A stretch of DNA of 63,994 nt, the filler included, from Circinaria calcarea (Eukaryota), in NCBI GenBank assembly GCA_051942165.1. It is 5 parts of 5 records of this genome, joined end to end, with 100 filler letters (N's around TTAATTAATTAA, not from the genome) between each part and the next. Parts side by side here need not be neighbours in the genome. Positions count along the whole stretch, not along the records: positions 39,335 to 52,305 come from JAVECS010000531.1; positions 52,406 to 63,994 come from JAVECS010000664.1; 3 more parts are not named here. One strand, 5' to 3'. Below the pieces are notes generated by a model, which was given only the letters and a program-made list of their open reading frames with translations, was not told the DNA's origin and searched no databases. The translations under genes were made by a program, and so were the position numbers. Positions 40,785 through 53,188 of the stretch are shown here, piece by piece (the first letter of the stretch is position 1; every line of letters starts with the position of its first letter).

Positions 40785-42524
40785 ATGCTCACGGAAAGCT
40801 TTGTGTCATCGGTTTTAGGCTCAGAAAAATCACCTAATAGCTCTGCGACCAAAGACGCAGGCATTTACCATTACGAATATCAACCTCTACCCGGCCTAAA
40901 ATCTAGCTATAAGAAAAGCTCCGCTGGGACCAATTGCCTCGCAGTCAGCGCATCACATATTTTTGCAGCGCAAGCGGACAAAGCGGTTGTGCACGTATAC
41001 AATAGAGATCGTGGGAATCAAGAGGCTCTAGTACCTTTTCCGGAAAAATTACGCAGTCTTGCCCTCATTGGCAGTCAAGATGGGGCTGGAATATTGGCGC
41101 TTGGGACTGAAGGCGGCAGATTAATACTGTGGGAGGTAAACATAATTTGCATCAGGCACATACGGCATTATGCTGACCAGACGAAGTAGCTTTGTACTGG
41201 TCGACAAGTCTCGACTCCCCAATCCCATTTACAGTCAACTACCTGCTTGGTGGCAGACCCTACGTCGAATTTCCTCCTGTCCGGATCTCCAGACTCAAAT
41301 ATACACATATGGTCGCTACCTGCGCTGCTCTCCTTCTCGTCATCGGTAGGTAATGGTTGTGGCCAGTTATCCCCTTTCTCTCCGGTCCGGACCCTTTCAA
41401 ATCACCGCGCAGAAATCACAGCTCTTGTAGTTGGTCACAGCTCGAACAGTACGAATATTGCTATATCTGGCTCTCGAGACAACACCTGCATTGTATGGGA
41501 TTATCAGAACGGTACCCTCCTCCACACGTTCCTACTCCCTGCCACCCCTTTATGCCTCGCAATAGATCCGGCAGACCGAGCTTTCTATGCCGGATACGAG
41601 GATGGAAGCATAAAACTCGTGGACTTTTACAAACAGGCTTCAATGTCTCATCCGATCTATGATCCAGCCTTACAAGCCACTCCTACTCAGCCACCGCCTT
41701 CCGACCGGTGGGTGCTGCCTGCTGAGGCCGCATCAGCCGCCCTCTGTCTCGATGTAAGTTATGATGGGACTACTCTATTATCCGGTCACCAAAGTGGTAA
41801 AATCCAGATCTGGGACATCGCTAAAGGTCGCTACACCTCTCATCTTGTCGATTTCGGCGCTCCAATCACCAATCTCTACATGCTCACCCCCAGTGGCTTT
41901 CTCATCACGCACAAACCGAATTTGAAAGTCAAGAATATCGTAAAGCCACGCTACGAAAGTTCTCTCAACAGCAACAATTTGCACTCGTCCAACGACAGCG
42001 TCGTACCCGAATCCTACTCATTCACAGCCCAATTCGCTTCTACTCTCCCCTTACCCAGATTTTCATCGCGGGACCTTCTAGCCGACTTTGACTTTGCGTT
42101 GACGCACCCTTCCTTCCCAACGGCACTCCTCGAAGAAGGGATCGCCGAATTAGCGGCCCTCTCCAGCCCTTCCTCCATCACATCCTCCGCCCTTGCCACG
42201 GCGAACGAAGAAAAGGACCTCGAGATCGCCAATCTCCGTGCTCAGCTAAGCCAGGCGCGGATAGCACAGCAGGTATATACCGACAAAGCGCTCGACTTGA
42301 ACGCCGAGCTCTTGAAACGCGATGGACTTGCAAAAGCGAGAGAGAAAGCGAAGAGGAGGAGGAGGACCCGAAAGTTCCATGAAGAAGAGATTCGGAGGAA
42401 GAAGGCCATGGGTGAGGATTTGGGGGGAAGGAATGTGGCGATGGTGGGAATAGAAGGGAGTGAGGAAGAGGACGAGGAGGAGGGGCTGAGTAGCAGTACG
42501 AATGAGATGACGGAGAGTGATTAA
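40785..42524 (+). CDS. IPI3: Pre-rRNA processing WD40 protein of the Rix1 complex
   Basis: MLTESF start, AQADKAVVHVY, GRLILWE|LCTGR across intron 41137-41189, WD repeats, C-terminal coiled coil. Confidence 0.85.
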
Positions 42525-43601
42525 CTGCGGATGATGTGTTGAAGTCTCTGCTCTATTAGAAATAATGAATTTTAAGAGCACCGAACTGTCTTCGAGACTT
42601 CAGTTGGCATGTAGACGTACACCATCACCAGGATGAAATCCCCCCCACCTTCTGCATGCTTCTTTCAAAAAGACCTGGCTCACCCCATTCCCTGGGACCG
42701 TTATTCAAATATCCTAGTCCTTATCCCGTCGCCCCCCTTCCAAGGGAAAACCGTACCAAATACCCATCTGTCCTTCTCTCTCCACATCGCCAACTCCAAA
42801 CTCTCTCCCACCAAACAAAACCGCCCATATTCCAGGTATGTTCTTGTGGGGGGATCAGATTCAGTGAAAAGAGATGGAACTAGGGCAGGGGGGTTTTTTG
42901 CAAACATTAGGTTGCGTTGGAAGTCCCCCAAGCAGCAATAAAACGACTGATACTTAACCCCAAGCTTGCCAGATCAGTGAAACGCGGGACCAACGACCTA
43001 CGTACGAGGAGCATGCGATGACCCGTTTCATGAAAAATTAACGAAAATCCCCACGGGGGAGTGGTAGTTTGGCAGCTTATAGCACAGAGTTCAAATCCCC
43101 GTACCCTCGGTCCCCCTTCTTCCCCTTCTTCCCATTCCATTCCTCATCTTTTTACCAACTCTACGCCTTTTGGCTTATGTATGTATGTAGGCGCGGGGGG
43201 ATGTTAGAAAATTCGGGTAGGGAGGGAGGGATTTTGATCTATTCTCCGAATTTCAATCCATAAGTCCCCGGGAACGTAGTTGCAGGGGGAAATCGTGACC
43301 AAATGCCATATTTATCCAGAAGTGAGAGCAGAGCCCCGGGGAGGAGGACGGGGGGGAGATATATCAGATGGAGAAGGAATCAACTGGGGGAATGGCACAG
43401 GACGTCGGATTACCTGGGACCGTACGTAGCCGGTATCGTATCGGATCGTCCATCTATGTGAAACCTTCCTATTTCCATAAACCGATTCATTCTTCAATTC
43501 CACCCCCTTGTTACATGAGCGAATAGCGAATGCCTCCGTTGGTACATTGTCCTTGAACCATTATATCTTACTTGCTATGGCAGCAGCTTTCAGTTTTACC
43601 C

Positions 43602-45526
43602 CTAAAAACTTTCCACTTCCAGCAGGTTCAACCAGTTGAGCACCATCATCGCCTTGATGAGATTGCCTTTGAGATCCACATGCCTACACCCGTCCATATC
43701 TTAACGTTAGCTTTCCATACCTCCCGGTTTAGGCCGAATGGGCAGGGGAATAAGGGGGATACTGACACTCCATCAAACTTGTTACTCTGTATACTCATAT
43801 TCCACGTCCCCAGATGCTCCACCCCCCTCCTTCCCGCCTCGACCCCTACCGCCTCCTCAAAGATCATCAGTGCCTTGTTCCCCTGACTAACCAACCACTC
43901 GTCCGGTTTCTCCCTTCCTGCCGCATTCGGGGTTAGGATAAGTCGGGGCCAGAAGCCACTTTTCTCCCTCTTTCCTGCAGCAGTCTTTCTGTTCCTTTTA
44001 TTCCCCGAAGTCGGACGGGACGAGGTAGGGGAATAGCCAGGCGATAGCCAAGGCGCAGCGGAGACGCTAGTGTCGAGGATTTTGTCAAGCCAGTCGACTG
44101 TGGCTTGAAGGTCGAGATCGTTCCACAGACCGTGGCCGTAGATAAAGGCGTAGGGGCGGGAAGGCTTGGTCGGAGGAAGGAGCGAACGGAAGCGTGTGAG
44201 CTCTTCCTCCGGGATAGGGAAGCGGATCATTGTCTCGACTGATTGGTTAGAGAAGACTAGAAGGAGGAAGAAAAACCACATACTCATGACATTCACGGTG
44301 TTGGCTGGACAGGAGAGACTGCTCGGGTCGTTCTTCACAACGTCTTCGGTCTTGTAGATGCCTTGCACGGAGCAGGCTTTTACGTTGAACTGGTAGTTGC
44401 AGAAGCATTCTTTTCTAGTTTCGATCAATCTCATTCACTACTTTCCCAGTGCTCCACCTCAAAGAGAACAAATCCTGACGTACCTTTCCTCAAGGGAGAA
44501 GTTCCAATCCGTCACAGCCCCATAGCCTAAATCCTTCCTGATCAACACATTGATACTCCCAATAACGTGTCTCATCATGCTATCACCAACGACAATGACC
44601 TTCTCGAACCGACCGAGAATCTCGCAAATCTCCTCGCTCGAGAACCAGCGCATGTCGCATCCTCGGGGCATGTATGGTGCGTCGTGACCAATCCGCCCGC
44701 CCGAGGACATTGCTGTCAACATGGATTTCCGGTCGAAGCAAAGAGGAGCGAATGGAGCGTGGAGATCAAGGGAGGATATGTTGCAAGTGTTTCGGTATTT
44801 GTAGGATGAGAATGTATCGATGGTATCCGAGATACGATGAGGAAGAGGCTCGGGGGGTTGGAAGGGAGCGTTTGGGAGGAAGGTTGTGTTGTAGACTGGT
44901 AAACTGGTAAGGTAGGCTGGACGCCGCAGCTTGCAGTAGAACATCAGCACATGTCGGTGTATTCTTCAGGTCATCTGCAGATGCATACCCTAGAATGTTC
45001 CCCAGAGAAGGTAAGCCTCTTCAATAAGAGGAAGGCAGCAATACCGCCTAGAATAACGGCAAGTTTGCGCGGAGTGATGAGCCACAAGCCTCGGCGCGTT
45101 CCACGGAATGATCGAGGTGGGCTACTCATGGGTGTTGGCGGTACCGATGGGAACTTCTCTGTTGATGAAAACATGCTGCCTGTGTTTTCCTCTGGCAGTT
45201 TGGCAAGCCACCTTTCGACGTTGACAATCGCGTCGCGGTTGTATCTTTCTGGTGGATCACTCAATGTTCTCTGCGGCTTCGAAACTTCGTCTGCCGCGTG
45301 GAGCTCGGTCTGAGGTGTTTCTTGTGTGGGGAGATCAGAAGAAGCGTGCCTTTGGTGCAATGATGGCGAAGAATCTGGCACTTCCAAAGTACACAGTCAG
45401 TACAATTCAAACTCCAGTAATAATCCACTGACAGAATAAACGACTCATCCAAGTGCGGTTCAAGGACACTGAGTGGAACACACTTGTAATTGACTTGCGT
45501 CGGAGTATGGATGATGGATAGAGCAT
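43602..45526 (-). CDS. Type II membrane SGNH/PC-esterase-like protein (putative O-acetyltransferase or esterase)
   Basis: One TM segment (LAVILGGIAAFLLL), VVGDSMMRH, GLWND, spliced C-terminal FDGV|HVD (DxxH). Start is uncertain: 45526 via a GC-AG intron, or the internal Met at 45174. Confidence 0.7.
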
Positions 45527-45844
45527 CGTGGAAGTTCGCTCCTTCGCTTAATAAGTCACTTAGGGTAGAAAAAAGGGCTAAGCCGGTGATTTGAATTTTG
45601 TTTTCGGGAGCAATTGAGCAGTGGAATCAAGAAGTAGCTTAAATGTCGTTTGGCGGCGGTAGCAATGAATGTCGTCCCTTTGTAGTCAGGAAAAGGGTTT
45701 TTTTACATATGTTTAATTCACGTAAGCAAGGATAAGATGTTAAGAGAACAAGCCTGCTTGCCCTGACGACAATTTAGAGGTTCCTTCCCATCAGTCCAAT
45801 CCGGCCGCACACACCTACGACCGCGAACATTCACAGCCAAAGAT

Positions 45845-47446
45845 TCACGATGTAACTTTCTGCTCATGCTCCTGCTTCACATCGTGATCTGCATGCTCCA
45901 CGGGGGTGCTTGACGCATCACCATCTTGTCCTGGATTCGCCATCTCGTACTCTAATGTCTTGATGAACTTGTAGAACATCACGGCGAGGATGGCACCAGT
46001 TGCTGGACCGACCCCTGTTTGTCCAAGTCAGTAAGCGCAACTTCTCCGGTAGATCGCTGACTTACAGTAGATCCAATGCTCTTGGTCGAATATGCCGGTG
46101 ATAATACATGGGCCCAGACTGCGTGCAGGATTCAGGCTGCCCCCCGTGTAATAAACCCCTGAACTGGTTAAGACGGGAACTTAAGATACATGTGGTCCAC
46201 TCACCAACTAATTCTGCTATGAATAGGGCTAGTCCGATTCCCACGGGCGCAATGAAAGTAGCTTTATGCTTCTCCTTAGCTAACATAAAGATTGTAAAGA
46301 CCAACTCCGCAGTGAGTATGGCTTCGATGAAGACACCTTGAACCAGTGAGGTGCCTGGAGACAGCGTCGTACGAACGTTGAACGGGGTCGAGAACAGGAC
46401 TTGAACCAGGAATGATGCAAAGATAGAACCTGCTATCTGCGCACCGACTAGCAATGCAGCCCGAACAAGAGGTATACTCTTGACCAAGACCATGGCAAAT
46501 GTAACCTAAGGCAATTGGGTTAGCAAAACCCTCGAATATGGACCTCAGACATCCACAACTTACAGCAGGATTGAACAAACCACCAGAAATTCTATAGTAG
46601 CACCATACGTTGACCATGAGGCTAAAAGCGAACGAGAGTGAGATGTAGAGAAGGACTTGAGGATTGAAACCAGTTGCACCACCCGAAGTGCTATTGGCAC
46701 TGTCCCCTGACCTGATATTTGCCACTTGGGTACCTGCAAAGGCAAAGAAGAGGAACATGGTTGTACCCATGAATTCGCCTATCGTTGCAACAAAGTCTGG
46801 CCGTCTTAGTCAAGGCCCTAGTGAGAACTTCGAATGACTCACGATTTTTAAGGTTACTATTCATCCACATAGTCCAAGGAAGTCGCATGGGTACTCCAGC
46901 GCTGGACCCATTCACTTCTTTCTCCTCATTCTTCCCATCATACCCATCCGACACACGCTCAGGCATAGGTCGTCCTTGAAATGACCGATGCGAGTCACGC
47001 CGCCTATAGTCTGAAGGCATCATTCCTCGATGATCGCCGTAGTAATCCTCATATCCTGAATCGGAATCTCCGTCGTGGTCCCGCCGTGATCGAGGATAGT
47101 CGGCACGCCTTCGATGGTTATTCCTGGATGCTCTTCGCCGCGCCCTTTCATCCCAATCGAGATTGCTGGTTCGATGACGGGGTCCTTTGTTACAGCGATG
47201 GTACGTATCATCCACGTCGGGCTCGTCGAACCTAATCTTATTCCTTGGCCCCTCGCATGGCCTCTCAAACGGAACTAGGCTGTTTAGCTGTTGAGAATGT
47301 CGGTGTTGATGGCAAACGTGACAGGCCCGTGAGGGCGGTGCGGGTATCTCTTCCGCGGTATCATCTGTAGAGCGCTGGATGACGCTCCCGTCCCTTGTTG
47401 TTTCGCCGTAGAAGGTCGGAAGGTCGCTCGCAGGATGTTGAGCCAT
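45845..47446 (-). CDS. Orthodox aquaporin (MIP) with long N-terminal extension
   Basis: [53 protein letters not shown]; four introns. Confidence 0.92.
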
Positions 47447-47539
47447 AGCTCTCTCAAATTCGGGGTTGATTTCCAACGAGGAGAGACGATTATTAGCAAC
47501 GTTAGGGAGGCTTTGATTGTAGGATTACCCGGAAAATTG

Positions 47540-47594
47540 TGATAGGGTAATGATAGGGGGTAATGATAGGGGTAATGATAGTGGTTATGATAAT
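47540..47594. repeat. Degenerate ~12-bp tandem repeat (TGATAGGGGTAA-like), about 5 copies
   Basis: Read directly, about 100-150 bp upstream of the aquaporin ATG. Confidence 0.8.
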
Positions 47595-48694
47595 AGTTAT
47601 GCAAGGGGCAAATGCATCGACCGCCAAAGTTGTAAGAATTTTGAGATCCCAAAGGTTTGTTATATTATATGGGGAAAGAAATGACGTGGGTCACTGATTA
47701 GGTAGGGAAAGTGCTACTGCAATCAGACTGCAGCTTCCCCTATTTTTAGGAGCAATCCAATGGGTCAGGATCACAGACTAAGGGACAGAGGATCAGAAAC
47801 ATAGAAGATGGAGGGTAGTTGACTAAGTATGCAGAGCAGCGTTGGCATCTTGTGGTAGCCACCTTCGCACTGGAAGATAAGAAACTTGGGCATGGAGGAC
47901 CCATGAACCAGGATAGGCTTTCTTCTTGGAAAAAGATTCCGTGGACGCCTTGACACGATAAAGTATGCCAACAAAAGGCGTGGTTTACTGGGACTATGTC
48001 GCGTATCAACCCACTCCGCGGTTCAGATACGCTCAGACACGCTCATGAAGGGTAAGAATAGCCATCGACTAATCAGTGGCGTGGGGGAAGAGGTTCACAG
48101 AGTGTAGGGTATTTGGTGTTATTCGCCGGCGATAATAGGAGGTGAGTGGAGTTTCAGAATCATCCTGATGGTGAAGGTGGGCTATTTTGGTACGGCGTCT
48201 CAGGAACCGGCGCTTCGAGCCATCACTGGTTGTTGTCTTCCCAGGAGTATGGCGCATAAGAAATGTATGGCACCAGCGAGGGAAGATGGCCGCTTGCTGA
48301 TTGCATGATTCGTCATTTCGAATCTATCGTCAACAGAGATTGCGTACCTGACGGTTCCCTATGTTTCTCTTCACCGTCAGTAGAAGGACTGGATGTTGGC
48401 ATCATCGATAGGAGGAGGTTTTACAAGATGCAGGGCAAATGCTGACATATACGTACAGCTGTACTATAATATACTACACCTCGAGGTGATGTAGGGATAG
48501 GCTTTTTCCGGTCCCGGTGTGAGGTAAGGTACCTCTGATCATGTGATGGTATGGAGTACTTAGCTGTGATTACGCTCTGCGATTGTAGTGAGATTGAGGA
48601 TCAATAGCAATCTCCTGCTCTGTTTTCCTCTCTCTATCATGGACAGATTGTATAGGCTGTTATGGAGAAGGCTGAAGGTCTTCAAGGAGCCTGC

Positions 48695-49795
48695 CTACCT
48701 GTTCCACCACGCCCTCACAGCATAGCTTGCTGCCCCAATCATATCCCCGGCCCAGCCAGTCCAAGCCCTGATCTCTACGGCACGGTTGAGGATACCGATC
48801 ATTCTCCGCTGGAAAATGTCGCTATCTTCGAAATCATGGGCATAAATCTCCCAGATGGCCTTCTCCTCCCCATGGCCCCCTTCAGATAAGCTCCATTCCC
48901 CACGTTCATCTTGCGTGACCTTCAATTTAGGTCCCACTGATACCGCTCGACCTACAATCCGGGGATCTGAAGTGAACCGCGTCGCCGCCTCGACCACGTC
49001 ATCAATTATTCCCAACGTCCCTCCAGCAAGTATGAATCTTGCATTGACGCTAAGCAATGGAGTATCGATGAAGTACGGGCACATCAGGTTCACCCTGACG
49101 CCATGTTGAAGTACAGATGACCTTAGACACCGGTACAAGCCAAGGACGCCGTGCTTGGCTGCGCCGTATTGAGCCTGACCAGGCAGGAAGACGAAACTAG
49201 CGACAGATCCGATGAGCAGTAGATGTCGATCACGGTGCGTTTGGCGGGGATCACAGTCTGGGCTCGCAGCGGCTGCACCAGGGTTACGCGGCAAGTAATA
49301 AAGGGCGAGATGAGTGGTATAGACAACGCCTATGAGATTGACGTTCAGGACAGCAAGGCTTGGCGGTGGTGGATCGGCGGCATCAAGATCCTTGGGGTTC
49401 TCAAACTGAAGGGTGGAATCCGCAATACCGGCATTGGCAACAACGGTATCGATTCCTCCATGCGGACTCAGCTTGACGGCTTCCTTGAACAGGTTGACCT
49501 GAGACGACCAGTCCGTGACATCACACTTGATAAAGTGGACGGATGGGTTCCCCGTTGACTCTTTTGCCTCTTTGGCAAGCCTCATTCCCTTCGTGACATT
49601 AACGTCCCCAAAGACAATCGTTGCACCCGCAGCTGCCCATCTCGTGACGAATCCTGCCCCAAAGCCACTGGCACCGCCTGTGATAAGTATGGTCTTGTTC
49701 TTCAACCAAGAGTCATCAACGGTACTTGGAGACTCGAGGGGTGGGGATTGGCGTGTCATTTGCACAAGGGAGTGTTTGGCAGCCGGCTTAGCCAT
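48695..49795 (-). CDS. Short-chain dehydrogenase/reductase
   Basis: ITGGASGFG, CDVT, ANAG, catalytic YGAAK, GVRVN; intronless, 366 aa. Confidence 0.92.
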   Translation of the reverse strand: MAKPAAKHSLVQMTRQSPPLESPSTVDDSWLKNKTILITGGASGFGAGFVTRWAAAGATIVFGDVNVTKGMRLAKEAKESTGNPSVHFIKCDVTDWSSQVNLFKEAVKLSPHGGIDTVVANAGIADSTLQFENPKDLDAADPPPPSLAVLNVNLIGVVYTTHLALYYLPRNPGAAAASPDCDPRQTHRDRHLLLIGSVASFVFLPGQAQYGAAKHGVLGLYRCLRSSVLQHGVRVNLMCPYFIDTPLLSVNARFILAGGTLGIIDDVVEAATRFTSDPRIVGRAVSVGPKLKVTQDERGEWSLSEGGHGEEKAIWEIYAHDFEDSDIFQRRMIGILNRAVEIRAWTGWAGDMIGAASYAVRAWWNR

Positions 49796-50671
49796 CGTTA
49801 AAGATGCTCAAATGGAACCAATGTCAGTACGGAGAAAGAGTCACGTCAACACTCCAACAAAACATCGCAATCAGCACGGGTATATGATATTTCACCCACC
49901 TCATGGCGGGGGCGCACAAAGGAACCAGAGACTTCGAACTAGAATGTCGTACAGGTCTTTTTCGAGGCAATGCATGTTCATACCCCGCCTTACGGAGCGA
50001 CCCGGCCCGGCTGTTCGCTCCTTTGTTTACATTGTTTCAAATCAGAAATTTGTACCGAGTACGTGTGAATCGCTTAAATACTTGCATATCCCCCCTTGCA
50101 TGGCGTATTCCACACTCTGCATACAGCCAATGAGACCCAGACTGCGTGCATTATCACGAAATCTATACGGAAAGCAAAATCCAACGTATAGTAGAAACAC
50201 AGCAATATACGTGGGTTTAAGCAGCACCTACCTGGAGAAAATTGCTTAATCGATTATACTACTCGAAATCCCACCCCCGGGAAAATTAAGATTACGCGTA
50301 GACAAAGATAGGGTTTATTAGCAAATTACTACTATCTTAGCTAGCGACTTCGCCAAAAAAAAAGAAACCCGAAAAAGCGCCTCACGCGCCTGTCTTTTCA
50401 GCACCAGCTGTAGGAAAAGTTGGAACAATAACGCCCGCCAAGCCGCACTTCCTGCGCCACTGGCAATAAGCAGACCGCTTTTGCTAGGCCTTCTGCAAGC
50501 AGCAGCATCACTCAATCTACCTGTGTAGCCGCCAGGCTGAGAGGCAGCAATGTCGTTGCCAGCGGTCTCAGCGCTTCCTGCCGGAGTATCTCTTCAGACT
50601 TTCCACAAAATACCCCCTTTGCCCTCTGGGAGCTTTGTGTCCTCTGTCGTAGCGACAATACGAGCTTTGCT

Positions 50672-52305
50672 ATGGCATCCGTCCTCCCCTCGAGGCTCCT
50701 CGGCCACATCAACGGGGACTTCAAAGTCTTCGACCCCCGCCCTGACAAGGTGGATTACTTTGACATAATCTCCTACACCTGGGGCGAGGAGGTACCCGAA
50801 TACAACTGCAAAATAACCGGCGTTGACTGGGTCGTGACCATATCCAAGAAGAAATTAGAAGACATCAAGAGGCTGATGGTCAGCTCCGGCGTGCAGTATC
50901 TGTGGGTGGACTGCGTGTGCATAAACCAGGTCGACGCGAGGGAGAAGTCCGCTGAGATATCCAAGATGTACGAGTACTATAAGAGCGCCCGCACGTGCCA
51001 CATCCTGATCAACATGCCCCAGGTGTGGTATCCGCAGGACATCGTGGACAACCTGAAGTTCATCGACCACATACTGTCCCACATGGGCGGGGCGGCGCTC
51101 GCCTCGGAGGCCATGAGGCTGACTGAGAACTTGGCCAAGCGCTTGTCTATGTGGGCGGATAAGGAGTGGACCTTTCCCGTGGACAAGCGAACGGTGAGGT
51201 CCGCTGCCATCGACATGGGTGTGCTGAACTGCTACTCGACGTGTATCAGTCACGTTAGGTCACTGTTCGACAACCTGTACTTCTCCAGGGTGTGGACGTT
51301 CCAGGAAATGTTACTCGGAAAGAACATAACAATGTGGGGAATAAACTCCGACAACATATCTTGTATAGGGGAGCTCGATACCTGGATGGACCTAGCCACA
51401 GACTCCAAGGACAAGGCGTACAAGCTACAGGACTGGATAGAGAACTGCAGGGTCGTAAAAACCGGATCGGTCAACCTCATTCTGAGGATAATAGAGGAAG
51501 ATAACCTGTCCCTCAATAGCCTGCAGACACAGGTCAAGGGGATTAGCTGCGCGAGGACGGACATCATAAACGGAGGCCCTTACTGGTGGTACGAGAACTA
51601 CAAGGGGATAAGCAACATATTCTCGGCCGTCTCCATTACACCGCGGGAGTGCGGGGAGAAGAAGGCGGACATCTTCAGGGGGCTCCTAGGCGTCTTCAGC
51701 GGGCTGTTCACCCCAGAGGAGATAGAGAGGGAGATGTCCGGAGACGATATAGAAAAGATCTCGTTCAATTTTTTTAAGCAGCTGTCTACCAAGACGGGGT
51801 ACGCGTGGACCAAGCTCGCGATAAGCAGCGGAGAGAGGGGCAAGTGGGACTGGATACCGGTGGTAGAAAACTACAGCGGGGCCATCACCACCGACTGCTT
51901 CGCCGGGGTAGTTAACCTGGGAAGGCTGAAGCAAAAAGGCCAGGCGAAGGCCATAGCGATGACCGGCATTAACGGGATTCCGCGTAAGTACATGAAGATC
52001 CTGCTCAGCCAAGGGAATGGAAATTTCCAGTTCGCCTTCAAGGGCTGCAATTGCGGGAAGGACATAAAAACCGGCGTCTTCAGTAGCGAGCCGATACCCA
52101 CCAACTATGAACCCAGGAACGTGGTCAGGGACGAGACCGGCAGGATACTGGTGCAATGTGCGACGATCTTGGGAAGCATCATGGACCCCGGCTGCGACGT
52201 CACTCAGTATAGGAGGAGGCTGCTCCGCAAGCTCCAACCAACTTGGAACATCAGCGACCCCTATGCGAAGCCCCCGGGGTGGATAGACAGATGCGTGAGC
52301 GGCAC
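50672..52305 (+). CDS. HET (heterokaryon incompatibility, PF06985-like) domain protein, 3'-truncated
   Basis: ISYTWG, YLWVDCVCINQ, EKSAEISKMYEYYKSA, YFSRVWTFQE. Confidence 0.88.
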
Positions 52306-52405
52306 NNNNNNNNNNNNNNNNNNNNNNNNNNNNNNNNNNNNNNNNNNNNTTAATTAATTAANNNNNNNNNNNNNNNNNNNNNNNNNNNNNNNNNNNNNNN
52401 NNNNN
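52306..52405. other. Artificial contig spacer
   Basis: Same 100-nt design. Confidence 0.97.
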
Positions 52406-53188
52406 TGGTCGCTGATTGCCGTCCCAACCATGACCATCCTCATCTCAGATATGAGTACCACTGTCGTCGCCAGCTACAAACGCGGTACCTTTACCCTTGC
52501 CGACTGGACCGTCTTACCCAAACATGGTTTCTTCCGCACCTGGTTGGAAAGCCATCCTTGGCTTCTTCACCAAATCCAAAGCCGTCAGCAAAAGCGGCAA
52601 GAGCAAAAACGTCTCGCTGAGGGTTTCCGAATTGGGTTCAACGACGACGATGCTCCTCCGCTGGCACGAACCCTCGAAGAACTCGCAGACGAAGATTTTC
52701 TCGATGAACACGATCTCGCGCGCAAACTTGCCGTCGCCATTCGCCGGACGGCTGACGATCTCAAGTCTGGCGCGCAGCGACGCTACTCGTACGAGGAGTG
52801 GGTGGAATTCACACGCCTGATCCGCTTCACACGGAACACGGACACGTCGCTCGACGTGGAGGAGGAGGAAGAAGGCCTGATCAAGTGGGATTGGATCGGG
52901 GAGGATAGCCCGATGATGGCGGATCAGAGCGAGAGCGAGTGGCTGCTGGATCGGCTGTGTGAGAGTCTGGACCGGTATATGCGGAAGCAGGCGCCGGAGC
53001 ATATGAAGAGAAGGCGGCGGAGTTGGGTGGAGGTGAGGCAGACCGGGAGGAGGAGTGGGAGTCGGGTGGAAGTAGAAGGGAAGCAGAGTGGGGGGAGTAG
53101 GAGCGGGAGTAGGAGCAGAAATGGGGATGAGGATGAGGGTGAAAAAGAGAGGGGAAAAGATATGGGGAAGGGAGAGAGTTTAAGCTAG
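52406..53188 (+). CDS. TOK1: C-terminal part of an outward-rectifying two-pore K+ channel, 5'-truncated
   Basis: WSLIAVPTMTILISDM (last TM), RYSYEEW, WDWIGEDSPMM..SESEWLL, recognised as fungal TOK tail motifs. Confidence 0.8.
   Translation, partial: WSLIAVPTMTILISDMSTTVVASYKRGTFTLADWTVLPKHGFFRTWLESHPWLLHQIQSRQQKRQEQKRLAEGFRIGFNDDDAPPLARTLEELADEDFLDEHDLARKLAVAIRRTADDLKSGAQRRYSYEEWVEFTRLIRFTRNTDTSLDVEEEEEGLIKWDWIGEDSPMMADQSESEWLLDRLCESLDRYMRKQAPEHMKRRRRSWVEVRQTGRRSGSRVEVEGKQSGGSRSGSRSRNGDEDEGEKERGKDMGKGESLS

Noticed and set aside
50672..53188. HET domain apparently fused or linked to a K+ channel
   Set aside because: Separated by an artificial spacer; the two pieces are on different contigs.
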